Made by a program: the position numbers and the translations under genes. This document shows positions 20,156-29,968 of a DNA stretch of 64,000 nucleotides, one piece after another. Source of the DNA: Candidatus Methylomirabilia bacterium (GTDB taxonomy: Bacteria > Methylomirabilota > Methylomirabilia > Rokubacteriales > CSP1-6); NCBI GenBank assembly GCA_046758965.1, contig JBHIBG010000008.1, positions 14,948 through 78,947 on the forward strand. The letters are read 5' to 3'. Numbering within the stretch: position 1 is the first letter of the stretch; each line of letters starts with the position of its first letter. The notes under the pieces were generated by a model. That model made no database searches. It worked only from the letters and a program-made list of their open reading frames with translations, and was not told the DNA's origin.

Positions 20156-20929
20156 ATGCTGGCGGTCAAAGAGGTGAGCAAGTCCTTTGGCGCCAATGAG
20201 GTGCTTGTCGGGCTGAGCCTGGAGGTCCCAGCCGGCCGGGCGGTGGGGCTGATCGGCCCCAATGGCTCGGGGAAAACCACCCTGTTCAATATCCTCACCG
20301 GAGTCATTCTCCCCTCGACGGGCCGCATCTGCTTTCGGGAGCAGGACATTACGGGCTGGCCCACACATCGCATTATTCGGCTCGGTATTGCACGTACGTT
20401 CCAGAATTTGCGCCTCTTCAAGCGTATGACGGTGTTTGACAACGTCTGGGCGGCACAACACCGGCTGCCGGGGATGCCGAGCTGGCGTCTGGTGCATCAC
20501 GACCGGCAGGGTGAACGCAGGCGGCGCGCCCGGGTGCATCACCTGCTCGAGCTCACCGGGTTGGCCGATAAAGCCGATGTCCTGGCCCGGAACCTGCCGC
20601 TGGGAGAACAGCGCAAGCTGGAACTGGCCCGGGCCTTGGCGCGCGATCCGGACCTGCTCCTGCTGGATGAACCCACTGGCGGCATGGTACCTCGGGAAAC
20701 CGATGAGATGACGCAGCTCCTCGAGCATGTCATCGCGTCCGGGAAGACGTTGCTGCTCATCGAGCATAAGATGGGCATGGTCATGGAGCTATGCCAGCAC
20801 ATCGTGGTGCTGAACTTCGGCGCGAAGATTTGCGAGGGGCCGCCTCAGCAGGTGCAGGCAGACCGGGCGGTCATCGAAGCGTACATGGGATCGGAAGCCG
20901 ATGAGCCTACTGCAGCTGAAAGGCCTTGA
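20156..20929 (+). CDS. LivG-like ABC ATPase (set 2)
   Basis: GPNGSGKTT; ARTFQN; LDEPTGG. Confidence 0.9.
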   Translation: MLAVKEVSKSFGANEVLVGLSLEVPAGRAVGLIGPNGSGKTTLFNILTGVILPSTGRICFREQDITGWPTHRIIRLGIARTFQNLRLFKRMTVFDNVWAAQHRLPGMPSWRLVHHDRQGERRRRARVHHLLELTGLADKADVLARNLPLGEQRKLELARALARDPDLLLLDEPTGGMVPRETDEMTQLLEHVIASGKTLLLIEHKMGMVMELCQHIVVLNFGAKICEGPPQQVQADRAVIEAYMGSEADEPTAAERP

Positions 20930-21620
20930 AGTCCAGTATGGGAAGATCCGGGCTTTGGTTGGCCTGGATCTCGAAGTGGAAGAGGGAGAGATCGTCACCC
21001 TGCTGGGGGTCAATGGGGCCGGGAAGACGTCCACCATACACGCGATTTGCGGAGTCGTGCCCCCGGCGGCGGGCCGCATCGAATTCGATGGCGAGCGGAT
21101 CGACCGCCTGCCGGCGCACCGCATCATGGCCATGGGCATCGCGCACGTGCCCGAGGGCCGACAGATTTTTACCAATATGACGCTGCGGGAGAATCTTCTC
21201 CTGGGCGGGTATCATCGACCGGATCAGCGCCATCTAGAGCGCGACATTGCCGCTGTTCTTGAGCTTTTTCCACGCTTGCAGAACCGGCTCGGCGAGCGCG
21301 CCTTCAACCTGAGCGGTGGCGAGCTGCAAATGTTGGCCGTGGTCCGGGGCCTGATGGCGCGACCGCGCTTGCTCCTGTTGGATGAGCCGTCACTAGGGCT
21401 CGCTCCGCAGGTCGTCCGGGAACTGTTCCGGCTCATCCGGACCCTGCAGCAGCAGGGCATAACGATCCTGCTCGTCGAGCAGAATGTGCGTCAGGCGCTG
21501 ACCATTGCGAACCGGGCCTATGTCCTGGAAAGCGGCCGCGTCATTCTGTCCGGGGAGGCGCACGCGCTGCTGCGCGATGAAACGGTGGTACAATCCTATC
21601 TCGGCGTTAAACGGGGCTGA
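20901..21620 (+). CDS. LivF-like ABC ATPase (set 2)
   Basis: GVNGAGKTS; LSGGELQM; LDEPSLGL. Confidence 0.9.
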   Translation: MSLLQLKGLEVQYGKIRALVGLDLEVEEGEIVTLLGVNGAGKTSTIHAICGVVPPAAGRIEFDGERIDRLPAHRIMAMGIAHVPEGRQIFTNMTLRENLLLGGYHRPDQRHLERDIAAVLELFPRLQNRLGERAFNLSGGELQMLAVVRGLMARPRLLLLDEPSLGLAPQVVRELFRLIRTLQQQGITILLVEQNVRQALTIANRAYVLESGRVILSGEAHALLRDETVVQSYLGVKRG

Positions 21621-21645
21621 ACTCGGGAGTGACAGGGAGGAGAGG

Positions 21646-22089
21646 ATGATGCGACGGTTTATCGTATCAACAATCTCGACGTTTTTCGCAGTGCTCGCAG
21701 TCTGGACGCCCTCGATGGCCGGAGCGCGCATGCACTCCGAGGTGGCCTGCAAACCCACTGACAAGCCGTTGACGTACCACTGCACGGTCAAGCTGACCGA
21801 CCGCAAGACCGGCGAGCCCATTGAGAACGCCAAACTTATGATGCACACCAGCATGCCGTCGATGCCTATGGCGCATCACATGGCTCCTGTCGAGGGAATG
21901 CCAGGCAACGAACCGGGGGTGTATCACGGGAGGTTTCACTTCGAGATGGCCGGAGAGTGGGCGATTGATATTCGGGTCAGCGCTCCATCGCGGGACCAGA
22001 TGCGGCACACGATCATGGTCGGCTCCGGCCACATGAAGCACGAGAAACAGATGAAACATGGGGGACAGATGAAGCAGCACAAGCAATAA
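21646..22089 (+). CDS. Secreted YtkA/FixH-like Ig-fold protein with His/Met-rich tail
   Basis: Signal peptide; MPSMPMAHH; PGVY...FEMAGEW; tail HMKHEKQMKHGGQMKQHKQ. Confidence 0.72.
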   Translation: MMRRFIVSTISTFFAVLAVWTPSMAGARMHSEVACKPTDKPLTYHCTVKLTDRKTGEPIENAKLMMHTSMPSMPMAHHMAPVEGMPGNEPGVYHGRFHFEMAGEWAIDIRVSAPSRDQMRHTIMVGSGHMKHEKQMKHGGQMKQHKQ

Positions 22090-22262
22090 AGGCGGCAGCG
22101 CTGCTCGGGCAGGCCCCGGGAGCCCCTGAGCGCGGCGGGGCTGGCCTCGGGCGACAAGGGTCTCGAGGGCTGGCTGCTGCCTTCTGCTGGGAAGGGCGCG
22201 AGTTGGCCGGGTACGCCCTGGGGCCGGCGCTTGCTCCCACAACTCCGCGATAAGAGGCGGAA

Positions 22263-23189
22263 CTACGCCTCTTTGATCGGGTTCTCCAGGACGCCGAGCC
22301 CGGTGATCTCCATTCGGACGAAGTCCCCGGGCTGGAGGAACACGGGGGGCTTCCTGGCGAACCCCACACCGGCGGGGGTGCCGGTGGCGATGAGGTCGCC
22401 GGGGGCGAGCGTGATGAGGTTGGAGAGATAGCTCACCAGGGCGCGCACGTCGAAAATCAAGTTCTTGGTGTTCCCGTTCTGGAGCACGGTCCCGTTGACC
22501 CAGGTGCGGAGCTCCAGGACGTGGGGATCCGGGATCTCTGAGCGGTCGGCAATCCACGGGCCGATCGGCGCGAAGGTATCGGAGACCTTGCCTGCCATCC
22601 ACTGGCTCGTCCTGAACTGGAAGTCGCGGGCGCTCACGTCGTGGACGATGGTGTAGCCGAGGACGTAGTCCAGCGCCTGCTCGGGTGAGACAAAGTGGCA
22701 TGGACGCCCGATCACCACCCCGAGCTCCACCTCATAGTCGAGCTGTTGGCACCCTCGGGGGCGCAAGATCGGCTCGCCGGGATCGAGCACGGCATTGGCC
22801 CACTTGGCGAAGAGCGGGGGCTCCTTGGGGATCGGCGCCTTGCTCTCTTCGGCGTGGTCCTTGTAGTTGAGCCCGATGCAGATGAGCTTCTCCGGATCGT
22901 GAATGGGCGCCAGGAGCCGGACTGAGGCACGGGGATGGCTCACCCAGGCGAGCCGGCGCGCCTGCACCTCTTCCTCTATTTCAGCGACTGCGGTCAAGGC
23001 CACCTCGCCGGCCCGGAGGAAGGCCCGCGTGCTGGCCGGGAAGAGAGCGGCGGCCAGCTCAGCAGAGCGCGTGACGCCGCGCCCGTCCAGGAGGCGCTCA
23101 TAGGTGGCGGAGAGGTCGTGGACCTGCTCGCCCACCAGCGTGCCGAGGCGTGGGGTGGCGCCGTTGATCGTGAATCTGACGAGCTTCAT
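22263..23189 (-). CDS. Fumarylacetoacetate hydrolase family protein
   Basis: KLICIGLNYKDH, LDYEVEL, DVSARD, TGTPAGVG. Confidence 0.92.
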   Translation of the reverse strand: MKLVRFTINGATPRLGTLVGEQVHDLSATYERLLDGRGVTRSAELAAALFPASTRAFLRAGEVALTAVAEIEEEVQARRLAWVSHPRASVRLLAPIHDPEKLICIGLNYKDHAEESKAPIPKEPPLFAKWANAVLDPGEPILRPRGCQQLDYEVELGVVIGRPCHFVSPEQALDYVLGYTIVHDVSARDFQFRTSQWMAGKVSDTFAPIGPWIADRSEIPDPHVLELRTWVNGTVLQNGNTKNLIFDVRALVSYLSNLITLAPGDLIATGTPAGVGFARKPPVFLQPGDFVRMEITGLGVLENPIKEA

Positions 23190-23263
23190 GGCTCTGATCT
23201 CCTTCGGTTGAAATCGGGAGTGGGCTTCACGCGCTCCCCATTATCCTGGTCCGCCGGGCGGTG

Positions 23264-24250
23264 TCAAGGTCGGGTGGAACTCCGCTCCGCCACGACGTTG
23301 GTCGGCGAGCCTCGAAGGAAATGCTCCACGTTTTCCACGGCCCGGAGCAGGCCGTCTCGGATGACTTCGGGAGTCTGCCCGGCGATGTGGGGAGAGAGCA
23401 CCACGTTCGGGAGGGCCAGGAACGGGTCGCCGGAATTGACTGGCTCCTCGTGAAAGACGTCGAGGCCGGCTCCCCAAAGCCGCCGCTCGCGCAGGACCTC
23501 CAGCAGCGCCTCACGATCGACGAGCGCCCCGCGACCCGTGTTGATCAGGATGGCTCCCGGCTTCATGAGGGCAAGCTCCCGCCGTCCGAGGAACCCTTCG
23601 GTCTCGGGCGAGAGCCTGATGTGCAGGCTCACCACGTCGGAGATCTGGAGAAGTTCTTCCTTGGAGACGGCTCGGGCGCCGATCGCCTCGGCCCGGCCAT
23701 CGTCCCCCCGGGCGCTCCAACCAAGCACGTCCATTCCGAGAGCCTTGCCTAAGAGTGCCAGACGGCTTCCGATGGCGCCGAGGCCGAAGATCCCGAGCGT
23801 CTTTCCCAGGAGCTGGGTCAAGAGTTCCCGCGGCCAGGCCCCGCCGCGCATCTCGCGGTCAAGGAGCGGAATGCTGCGGGCCACGGCCAGCATGAGCGCC
23901 AGGGCGTGTTCAGCTACCGCGTGGGCGTTGACCCCCGGCGTGTTGGCAACGGTGACGCCGTGGCGGGCCGCGGCGGCCAGGTCAATGTTGTCCACCCCGG
24001 TCCCCCAAACCGAGATCAGCTTGAGCGCGGGAGACGCGGCGAAGACCACCCCCGTGAACCGGGCGTGGGCCCGGATGTTGATCGCCACCTCTGCCTGGCC
24101 GACCCGACGGATCAGCTCCGCTTCCTGGTCGGCGCCCCTCTCGGTAAACACGCGGACCTCTCCGAGCTGTGTTGCGCGCTCGTGGGCCAGCGTGCCCTGA
24201 AAGACGGACGGAAAGTCGTCCGGAACGACGATCTCGACGTTTGACCTCAC
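23264..24250 (-). CDS. D-2-hydroxyacid dehydrogenase family protein
   Basis: GLGAIG, INTGRGALVD, LDVFHEEP, SPHIAG. Confidence 0.9.
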   Translation of the reverse strand: MRSNVEIVVPDDFPSVFQGTLAHERATQLGEVRVFTERGADQEAELIRRVGQAEVAINIRAHARFTGVVFAASPALKLISVWGTGVDNIDLAAAARHGVTVANTPGVNAHAVAEHALALMLAVARSIPLLDREMRGGAWPRELLTQLLGKTLGIFGLGAIGSRLALLGKALGMDVLGWSARGDDGRAEAIGARAVSKEELLQISDVVSLHIRLSPETEGFLGRRELALMKPGAILINTGRGALVDREALLEVLRERRLWGAGLDVFHEEPVNSGDPFLALPNVVLSPHIAGQTPEVIRDGLLRAVENVEHFLRGSPTNVVAERSSTRP

Positions 24251-24326
24251 GATGGTAGATGCGCGGTCTTACCCGCGGCCGTTCGCGCTGCTCGCGCGGC
24301 GCTCACGCGGCGACGGGTCCGGATCG

Positions 24327-25550
24327 TCAGTCACCCGCCGAAGAGAGGACCGACTGGGCAGCCGCCACGGCCGCGCCAGGCTCAGCCTTATAGCCGAGAT
24401 CCCTGAGCGCCAGCTCCAGCGCGGAGAGCGTGGGCAGGATGTAGAGGGGGCTCGCAGTCATCCCCATGTGCCCCACGCGAAGCGTCGTGGCGCGGATCTT
24501 GTCCAGACCGGTGCCGATCAGGATCCCGTAGCCGTCCCGCATCTGGCTGACCACGGCCGCGGAGTCAATGCCGGCCGGCGTCGTGAAGCAGGAGACCGTG
24601 TCTGAGGCGATGGCGGGGTCGGGGAACAGCGTGAGCCCCATGGCGCCCAACCCGGCTCTGAACGCGTGCCCCGCCACCGTATGCCGCCTGAGGCGGTGGG
24701 GGAGCCCTTCCTCCAAGATGAGGTCCGTCGCAGCGCGCATGGCGGCGGTCAGATGGGTGGGAATCGAGATGGGTTGGGTGCGCCGAGAGTCGTCGGGGAC
24801 CTTGCCGCCCCGGGAGACCGGAATCCAGAGCTCCTTCCAGAGCCGAAGGTCGTAGACCAGGCTGGCCGCCGGCCTGGCCCGGCGCTCCATGGCCTCCCAG
24901 GCCCTCGGGCTCACCCCCACGACCGCCATGCCGAGCGGCGCGGCCAGGCACTTCTGCGAACCTGTCATGTTCAGGTCCACGCTCCACTCGTCACTCCTGA
25001 CGTCGAGGCCTGCCAGTGAGGAGACGGTGTCAAGGAAGAAGAGCGCTCCGGCTTGGCGGGCCACCCGCCCCACCTCGGCGGCCGGGTAAGTGGCGCCCGT
25101 TGACGTCTCGTTGTGAACCAGCGTGACGGCCTTGGGCTTGACCTGATCAGTGATCTTCTCGAGTTCGGCAGTGTCCAGCGGCTGTCCCCACTCCACGGCG
25201 ACCTCGGTCACCTGGGCACCCAGTCGCTTCATGATCTCGCGCATCAGCAGCCCGAACAGCCCGGCCACCACCACGACGACGCGGTCACCAGGCTCGACCA
25301 CTGAGACAGCGGCGGACTCCAGGGCGGTGCGGCCCGAGCCAGGCATCAGGATGATCTCGCCGGAGGCGCGAAAGATCTCCCGCAGGCGGAGGCAGGTGGG
25401 CTCGAGCACGCTCAGGTTGAAGTGACGGTCGTACTGGATGGTGGGGGGCTGGTTCATCGCCTGGATCACCGGCCACGGAAGCTCCGTGGGGCCCGGGATC
25501 ATCAGGATCGGTCTGTTATTGCCAGCTCCCCACCGGATGGTAGGATCCAT
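24327..25550 (-). CDS. Class V PLP aminotransferase (serine-pyruvate/alanine-glyoxylate type)
   Basis: LMIPGPT, HNETSTG, DTVSS, GSQKCL. Confidence 0.9.
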   Translation of the reverse strand: MDPTIRWGAGNNRPILMIPGPTELPWPVIQAMNQPPTIQYDRHFNLSVLEPTCLRLREIFRASGEIILMPGSGRTALESAAVSVVEPGDRVVVVVAGLFGLLMREIMKRLGAQVTEVAVEWGQPLDTAELEKITDQVKPKAVTLVHNETSTGATYPAAEVGRVARQAGALFFLDTVSSLAGLDVRSDEWSVDLNMTGSQKCLAAPLGMAVVGVSPRAWEAMERRARPAASLVYDLRLWKELWIPVSRGGKVPDDSRRTQPISIPTHLTAAMRAATDLILEEGLPHRLRRHTVAGHAFRAGLGAMGLTLFPDPAIASDTVSCFTTPAGIDSAAVVSQMRDGYGILIGTGLDKIRATTLRVGHMGMTASPLYILPTLSALELALRDLGYKAEPGAAVAAAQSVLSSAGD

Positions 25551-25747
25551 CTCGCCCCTCCTTTCAGGCTCCTATTCTAGCCTGCCGCTCGGGCCGTCGC
25601 CACAGCCTTCTGAGCGCCCCACGAGCTGGACCTGGGTTCGCTGAGGGATTCTCTCAGCTCGGTGAGAGGTCTATGCCCTCGTCGCGGATCGGCGAGCGGC
25701 GGGTCCGGTGACGGTCAAGCTCGATGAGCGGGGTATGGGTGGGACCT

Positions 25748-26047
25748 CTAAGGGAGGACCTCGGTGGGCCGCCCTCTCCGCCAGATCAGGTAGAGGTTCC
25801 GCGCATACACGAACAGGCCGGCGCCTTGGCCGACAATGAAGACCGGGTCCTGACGCAGGATCGCATAGGTCAGGAGCGCCAGTCCGCCGCCGCCGCTGAA
25901 GTACCAGAAGTAGATGGGAACCACGCTCTGCCTCTTCCGCTCGGAGACGATCCATTGGACGACAAAGCGCATCGAAAAGAACGCCTGGCCGAGGAAGCCG
26001 AGGGCCAGAAGGAATCCACTGATTTCCTGCACGCAGGGTGCGTTCAT
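25748..26047 (-). CDS. Lipid-A-disaccharide synthase N-terminal (LAB_N) domain membrane protein
   Basis: GFLGQAFFSMRFVVQWIVSER..SVVP..FWY; DPVFIVGQ; YARNL. Confidence 0.85.
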   Translation of the reverse strand: MNAPCVQEISGFLLALGFLGQAFFSMRFVVQWIVSERKRQSVVPIYFWYFSGGGGLALLTYAILRQDPVFIVGQGAGLFVYARNLYLIWRRGRPTEVLP

Positions 26048-26086
26048 CGGTCAACACCTCACAGGGGTGTGCTACAATGCCTCTCC

Positions 26087-26320
26087 GTGATCAAAGGATA
26101 CGTGCTCGTCCGTTTGCTCCCTGGTCTCGAAGCCGATGCCATCCAGCAGATCCGGGTCATTCCCGGCGTCGAGGACATCGTCCTCGTCTTCGGGAGTTGG
26201 GACGCTGTGGTCCAAGTCGAGGCCAAGAGCCTGAACGCCTTGTCGCGGCTGGTGATCGGCCAGATCCGGGGCATCCGGGGTGTTCAGGCGACGGAAACAT
26301 TGGTCGCCGCCGAGAGCTGA
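26087..26320 (+). CDS. Stand-alone Lrp/AsnC ligand-binding (RAM) domain protein
   Basis: GTG 26087; GYVLV...IPGV...VFGSWD...IRGIRGVQATETL. Confidence 0.82.
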   Translation: MIKGYVLVRLLPGLEADAIQQIRVIPGVEDIVLVFGSWDAVVQVEAKSLNALSRLVIGQIRGIRGVQATETLVAAES

Positions 26321-26524
26321 GCGTCCGACCTCAGACCATACTGTAGAACTCCCGAGCCCTGCAAGCACATTCTCCGTTCAGACCAGGCGGGAGAGTCCCC
26401 GGCGATCGGGAGGCCAATCCCCGGTAGCGGCCGGGCACTGATCTCCCAAGGGAAGTGGCGGCGCCGCTATTCTGCTCGGGCTGGTCGGGGCCGCGCGGTT
26501 CTTAGAACGAATCAGGCCGCGCCA

Positions 26525-27289
26525 TCACGCGGCGCGGCCTTGCTCGGCCAGGGCGGTAATGATATAGGTGCCGCTTTTCGCGTCTCGCTCGAGGGTGACG
26601 AGCTTGTGCGTGGCGGCATCCTCCAGGAGCTTGCTGAACGTCGAGTAGCCGTAGTAGGACTCGTTGAAGGCAGGGTTCTTCCGGATCATGGTCTGTTTCA
26701 CCATCGAACCCCAGAGCGTCTCCTTGTTCTCTCTCCGGAGGGCGTGGATCGCCTCCGCCAGCTGGCCGAAGGCTTCGGCCTTCTTCTCCGGCAGCCCGCG
26801 GAGCAGTGGGGTCTGCCTGGACTCCCGCATCAGATCCTCGTAGAAGATAAACTCGTCACAGTTTCCCACCAGGAGCTCTGAGGAGGAGGACTTCACCCCG
26901 AGCCCGATCACGTAGCGATCGTTCTCCCGGAGCTTGGAGACGAGCGGTGAGAAGTCCGAGTCGCCCGAGACCATGGCGAAGGTGTCGATGTGCTCCTTGG
27001 CGTGGCAGAGGTCCATGGCGTCCACCACCATGCGGATGTCCGCCGAATTCTTGCCGCTGTAGCGGCTCTGCGGGATGTCGATGAGTTCGATCGACTGCTC
27101 GTGGAAGGGGCGCTTGTACTCAGCGTAGCGGCTCCAGTCTGCATAGGCCCGCTTCACCATGATCTTGCCCTTTTCCACCAACCGCTCGAGGACCAGCTTG
27201 ATGTCAAACCCCTTGTAACGGGCCTCCTTCACGCCGCGGGCGATGTTCTCGAAGTCGATGAATAGTGCGAGTTTGCGTTCTTCGTTCAT
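26525..27289 (-). CDS. NYN (LabA/DUF88) domain protein with C-terminal OST-HTH/LOTUS
   Basis: ALFIDFEN, KNSADI, SGDSDF, FNESYYGYSTFSKLL. Confidence 0.9.
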   Translation of the reverse strand: MNEERKLALFIDFENIARGVKEARYKGFDIKLVLERLVEKGKIMVKRAYADWSRYAEYKRPFHEQSIELIDIPQSRYSGKNSADIRMVVDAMDLCHAKEHIDTFAMVSGDSDFSPLVSKLRENDRYVIGLGVKSSSSELLVGNCDEFIFYEDLMRESRQTPLLRGLPEKKAEAFGQLAEAIHALRRENKETLWGSMVKQTMIRKNPAFNESYYGYSTFSKLLEDAATHKLVTLERDAKSGTYIITALAEQGRAA

Positions 27290-27601
27290 ACCCTAACCTT
27301 CCTGGAGGCGCGGGGGTGCTGGCGCGATCCCAGTCGGCCCGCCGCCCCGCCCGAATGTCTCATTCCGGCAAACCTCATCGGCTATTATAGCGCTTCGACC
27401 AGATCCTCAATCGCCTTTTCTCTTCGAGAGCTCACGATAGCTGACGTACCGGTGTGGGCTTGCAGGCCGGGAGCCGGGATGGGGCCGACGTGTTGCTCAC
27501 GGGCAGGACCCCGAGACCGCGGCCGAGCGGTAGTGTATAGTAGGAGGGCGATGAGCGGGAGTGGAGAAGATGAGCGTGCTCCGATCTCCTGGAGGTGACT
27601 C

Positions 27602-28243
27602 ATGAGCGAAGTGGATCCCGAGCTGGCCAGGCGTCTCCCGCCGGGCCAAGTCCTCACCAAGAAGTGGCCCGTGCTGACCTTCGGGAGGAACCCTCGGGTT
27701 GGCCTCGCGAGCTGGACCTTCCGCTGCTTCGGGCTGGTGGAGGAGGAAGTGCGCTGGACCTGGGAGGAATTCGTGAAACTCCCGCGGGTCGAGATCGTCT
27801 CGGATGTCCATTGCGTCACCCGTTGGAGCCGGCTCGATATGCAGTGGGAAGGGGTTCACATTCGAGAGATCATGAAGCACGTGCGACTCAAGCCCGAAGC
27901 CAGTGTGGTCATGGTCCACGCGTATCCCGACTATACCACCAACATCGCCCTCGAGGACCTGGTGGATGACGACGTCCTCCTGGCCTTCAAGGCGGATGGT
28001 CGGGAGCTTGAACCAGAGCACGGCGGGCCCTGCCGCCTAGTCGTGCCCAAGCTCTACTTCTGGAAGAGCGCGAAGTGGGTGCGGGGGTTCGAGTTCATGG
28101 AGGTCAACGCGCCGGGCTTCTGGGAGGTCAACGGCTATCACCTCCACGCCGATCCCTGGAAGGAGGAGCGCTACTCGGATCAGGAGACCAACGCCATGCA
28201 GCGGATGCGGGCGGAGGCCGCCCGAAAGCTTCGCGAGCAGTAG
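27602..28243 (+). CDS. Sulfite-oxidase-like molybdopterin oxidoreductase (YuiH-like)
   Basis: [37 protein letters not shown]. Confidence 0.9.
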   Translation: MSEVDPELARRLPPGQVLTKKWPVLTFGRNPRVGLASWTFRCFGLVEEEVRWTWEEFVKLPRVEIVSDVHCVTRWSRLDMQWEGVHIREIMKHVRLKPEASVVMVHAYPDYTTNIALEDLVDDDVLLAFKADGRELEPEHGGPCRLVVPKLYFWKSAKWVRGFEFMEVNAPGFWEVNGYHLHADPWKEERYSDQETNAMQRMRAEAARKLREQ

Positions 28244-28299
28244 TCGCTGGCGCTCGGTCGCCCCGCTACTTCCTCGAACATGGCCGCGAAGCCGGCGAC

Positions 28300-29139
28300 T
28301 CACCGCGGAGGGTCGTTCAGGAGGAACTGACGCACGACCTTCGCGAAGCTCTCGGGCTGGTCGCCCGCGACGGTGTGGCCCGCCTCGGGTAGCTCTGCCA
28401 AGCGGGAGTCCTTGAGCGTCTCCAGCATGCGCTTGGCGATCTCGGGGGAGAGGACGTCAGACTCCCCGCCCCGAACGATCAGGGTGGGGCAGGCGATGGT
28501 GGCGAGGTCTGGCCAGAGGTTCGGGAGGTCGCGCGCCCCGCTCCGGGCCTGATCGCGCAGCGCCTTGTCATACTTCCAGGCGAGCCTGCCCGTCGCCAGA
28601 CGGTTGAAGCCGTGCTTGACCCGGTGGCGGAGAAGCGGCTCGGAGTAGCGCGGCGCCGCGGCGCGAAGGAGCTGATAGGCCTGCTCCTCTGAATCGAGCT
28701 CCTCGGGCACGGTGGACACCATGGTCAGAATGCGCCTGAGCCCCTCGGGGGCGATTTCAGGGCCGATGTCCACGAGCACCAACCGGTCCACGCGTTCCCG
28801 ATGGGCGGCGGCGTAAGCGATGGACACCCGGCCGCCCATCGAGAGGCCGAGAAGGCTGAACCGGCCGGGGCAGAGGGCATCGACGAACGCCGCCAGATCG
28901 CCGGCCATGGAGGCGATGCGGTAGTCGGCATCGGGCGCCCGGACGCTGTCGCCGTGGCCCCGCTGGTCCAGGGCTAGGACCCTGAAGCGATCGGCCACGG
29001 CCTCTGCGAAGTGATCCCAGGTGCGGGCATGGCCCGTGAAGCCGTGGAGCAGGACGAGGGCCGGAGCGTCAGGGGCTCCCCACTCGAGGTAATGGAACTT
29101 GAGCCCGTTCAACGTGATCCAGCAATCGCGCCGAGTCAT
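28300..29139 (-). CDS. Alpha/beta-fold hydrolase
   Basis: LLHGF, DQRGHG, GLSMGG nucleophile elbow, AGH. Confidence 0.9.
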   Translation of the reverse strand: MTRRDCWITLNGLKFHYLEWGAPDAPALVLLHGFTGHARTWDHFAEAVADRFRVLALDQRGHGDSVRAPDADYRIASMAGDLAAFVDALCPGRFSLLGLSMGGRVSIAYAAAHRERVDRLVLVDIGPEIAPEGLRRILTMVSTVPEELDSEEQAYQLLRAAAPRYSEPLLRHRVKHGFNRLATGRLAWKYDKALRDQARSGARDLPNLWPDLATIACPTLIVRGGESDVLSPEIAKRMLETLKDSRLAELPEAGHTVAGDQPESFAKVVRQFLLNDPPR

Positions 29140-29265
29140 AGATCCTCGTCGGAAACGAGAGTGCACAAGCGGGAAGCAGTGTAGTGGCTGCTCGAGGCGC
29201 TGTCAAGGCGCCTCCCGCCGGGGAGGCGCGAAGGATCTCCTTGATCTGCTGTGAAGGGAGGAACC

Positions 29266-29682
29266 ATGGCCAAGAACACGCAGGCGCTGATCAAGAGGAT
29301 GAAGCAGGCGCGGGGGTATCTCTACCCCGAGTGGGAGCTGGCCGCCGAGATGGATCCCGACTTCTTCGAGGCCTACGACCGACTGTACCGCGAAGCGCTC
29401 GCCAAGAGTGACGGGCTTCCGATCAAGTACCGGGAGCTGGTGGCTCTGGGGATCCTGGCGTTCAGGGGAGTGAGCGCCGATGCCCTCATGAACCACATCC
29501 GGAGGGCCTACCGGCATGGCGCGACGCGCAAGGAGCTGCTGGGGGCCCTGCAAGCGACCATGGTCCCGGGAGGAGCGGTGACTTTCCTGAACGGGCTCCG
29601 CGCCCTGGCTCGGGTGGAACGCGACGGGAAAGGCGGCACCGAGGCGAAACGTCGGGCGCCGGCTAGGCTCGGGTCACAGTGA
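29266..29682 (+). CDS. Carboxymuconolactone decarboxylase (CMD) family protein
   Basis: LPIKYRELVAL...HIRRA..HGATRKEL; no CxxC. Confidence 0.8.
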   Translation: MAKNTQALIKRMKQARGYLYPEWELAAEMDPDFFEAYDRLYREALAKSDGLPIKYRELVALGILAFRGVSADALMNHIRRAYRHGATRKELLGALQATMVPGGAVTFLNGLRALARVERDGKGGTEAKRRAPARLGSQ

Positions 29683-29947
29683 CGACCAGACCGATTTCGG
29701 CCAGGATGCTCCCCACCCGGACGCACTCCTCTTCGGTTCCCGCCTTCACGACAGCTTTCCCGGTGTTGTGGACCTGCCACGCCAGCTCCCATCCCTCGGC
29801 TTCCGAGCAGCCGATCGCCTTCATGAGCTGGCGCACCACCTCCTCGAAGGTGTGGCAGTCACAGTTGTGGAGGACCGTGATCCAGGGTGGGCCGGCGGCG
29901 GCCTCGACTTCGCCCAGGGTCTCAGGAAGTGGCCGGGTCAGTCCCAT
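29663..29947 (-). CDS. clpS: ATP-dependent Clp protease adaptor ClpS-like
   Basis: VLHNCDCHTFEEVV...VHNTGKAVV. Confidence 0.78.
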   Translation of the reverse strand: MGLTRPLPETLGEVEAAAGPPWITVLHNCDCHTFEEVVRQLMKAIGCSEAEGWELAWQVHNTGKAVVKAGTEEECVRVGSILAEIGLVVTVTRA

Positions 29948-29968
29948 CGGGTGTTCCTCGCCTGCCGG

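Noticed and set aside
26380..26460. Cobalamin riboswitch or tRNA-Sec in the Lrp-NYN spacer
   Set aside because: Only a CACTG...GGGAAG fragment matches; it lies between convergent gene ends; no cloverleaf with a TCA anticodon was found.
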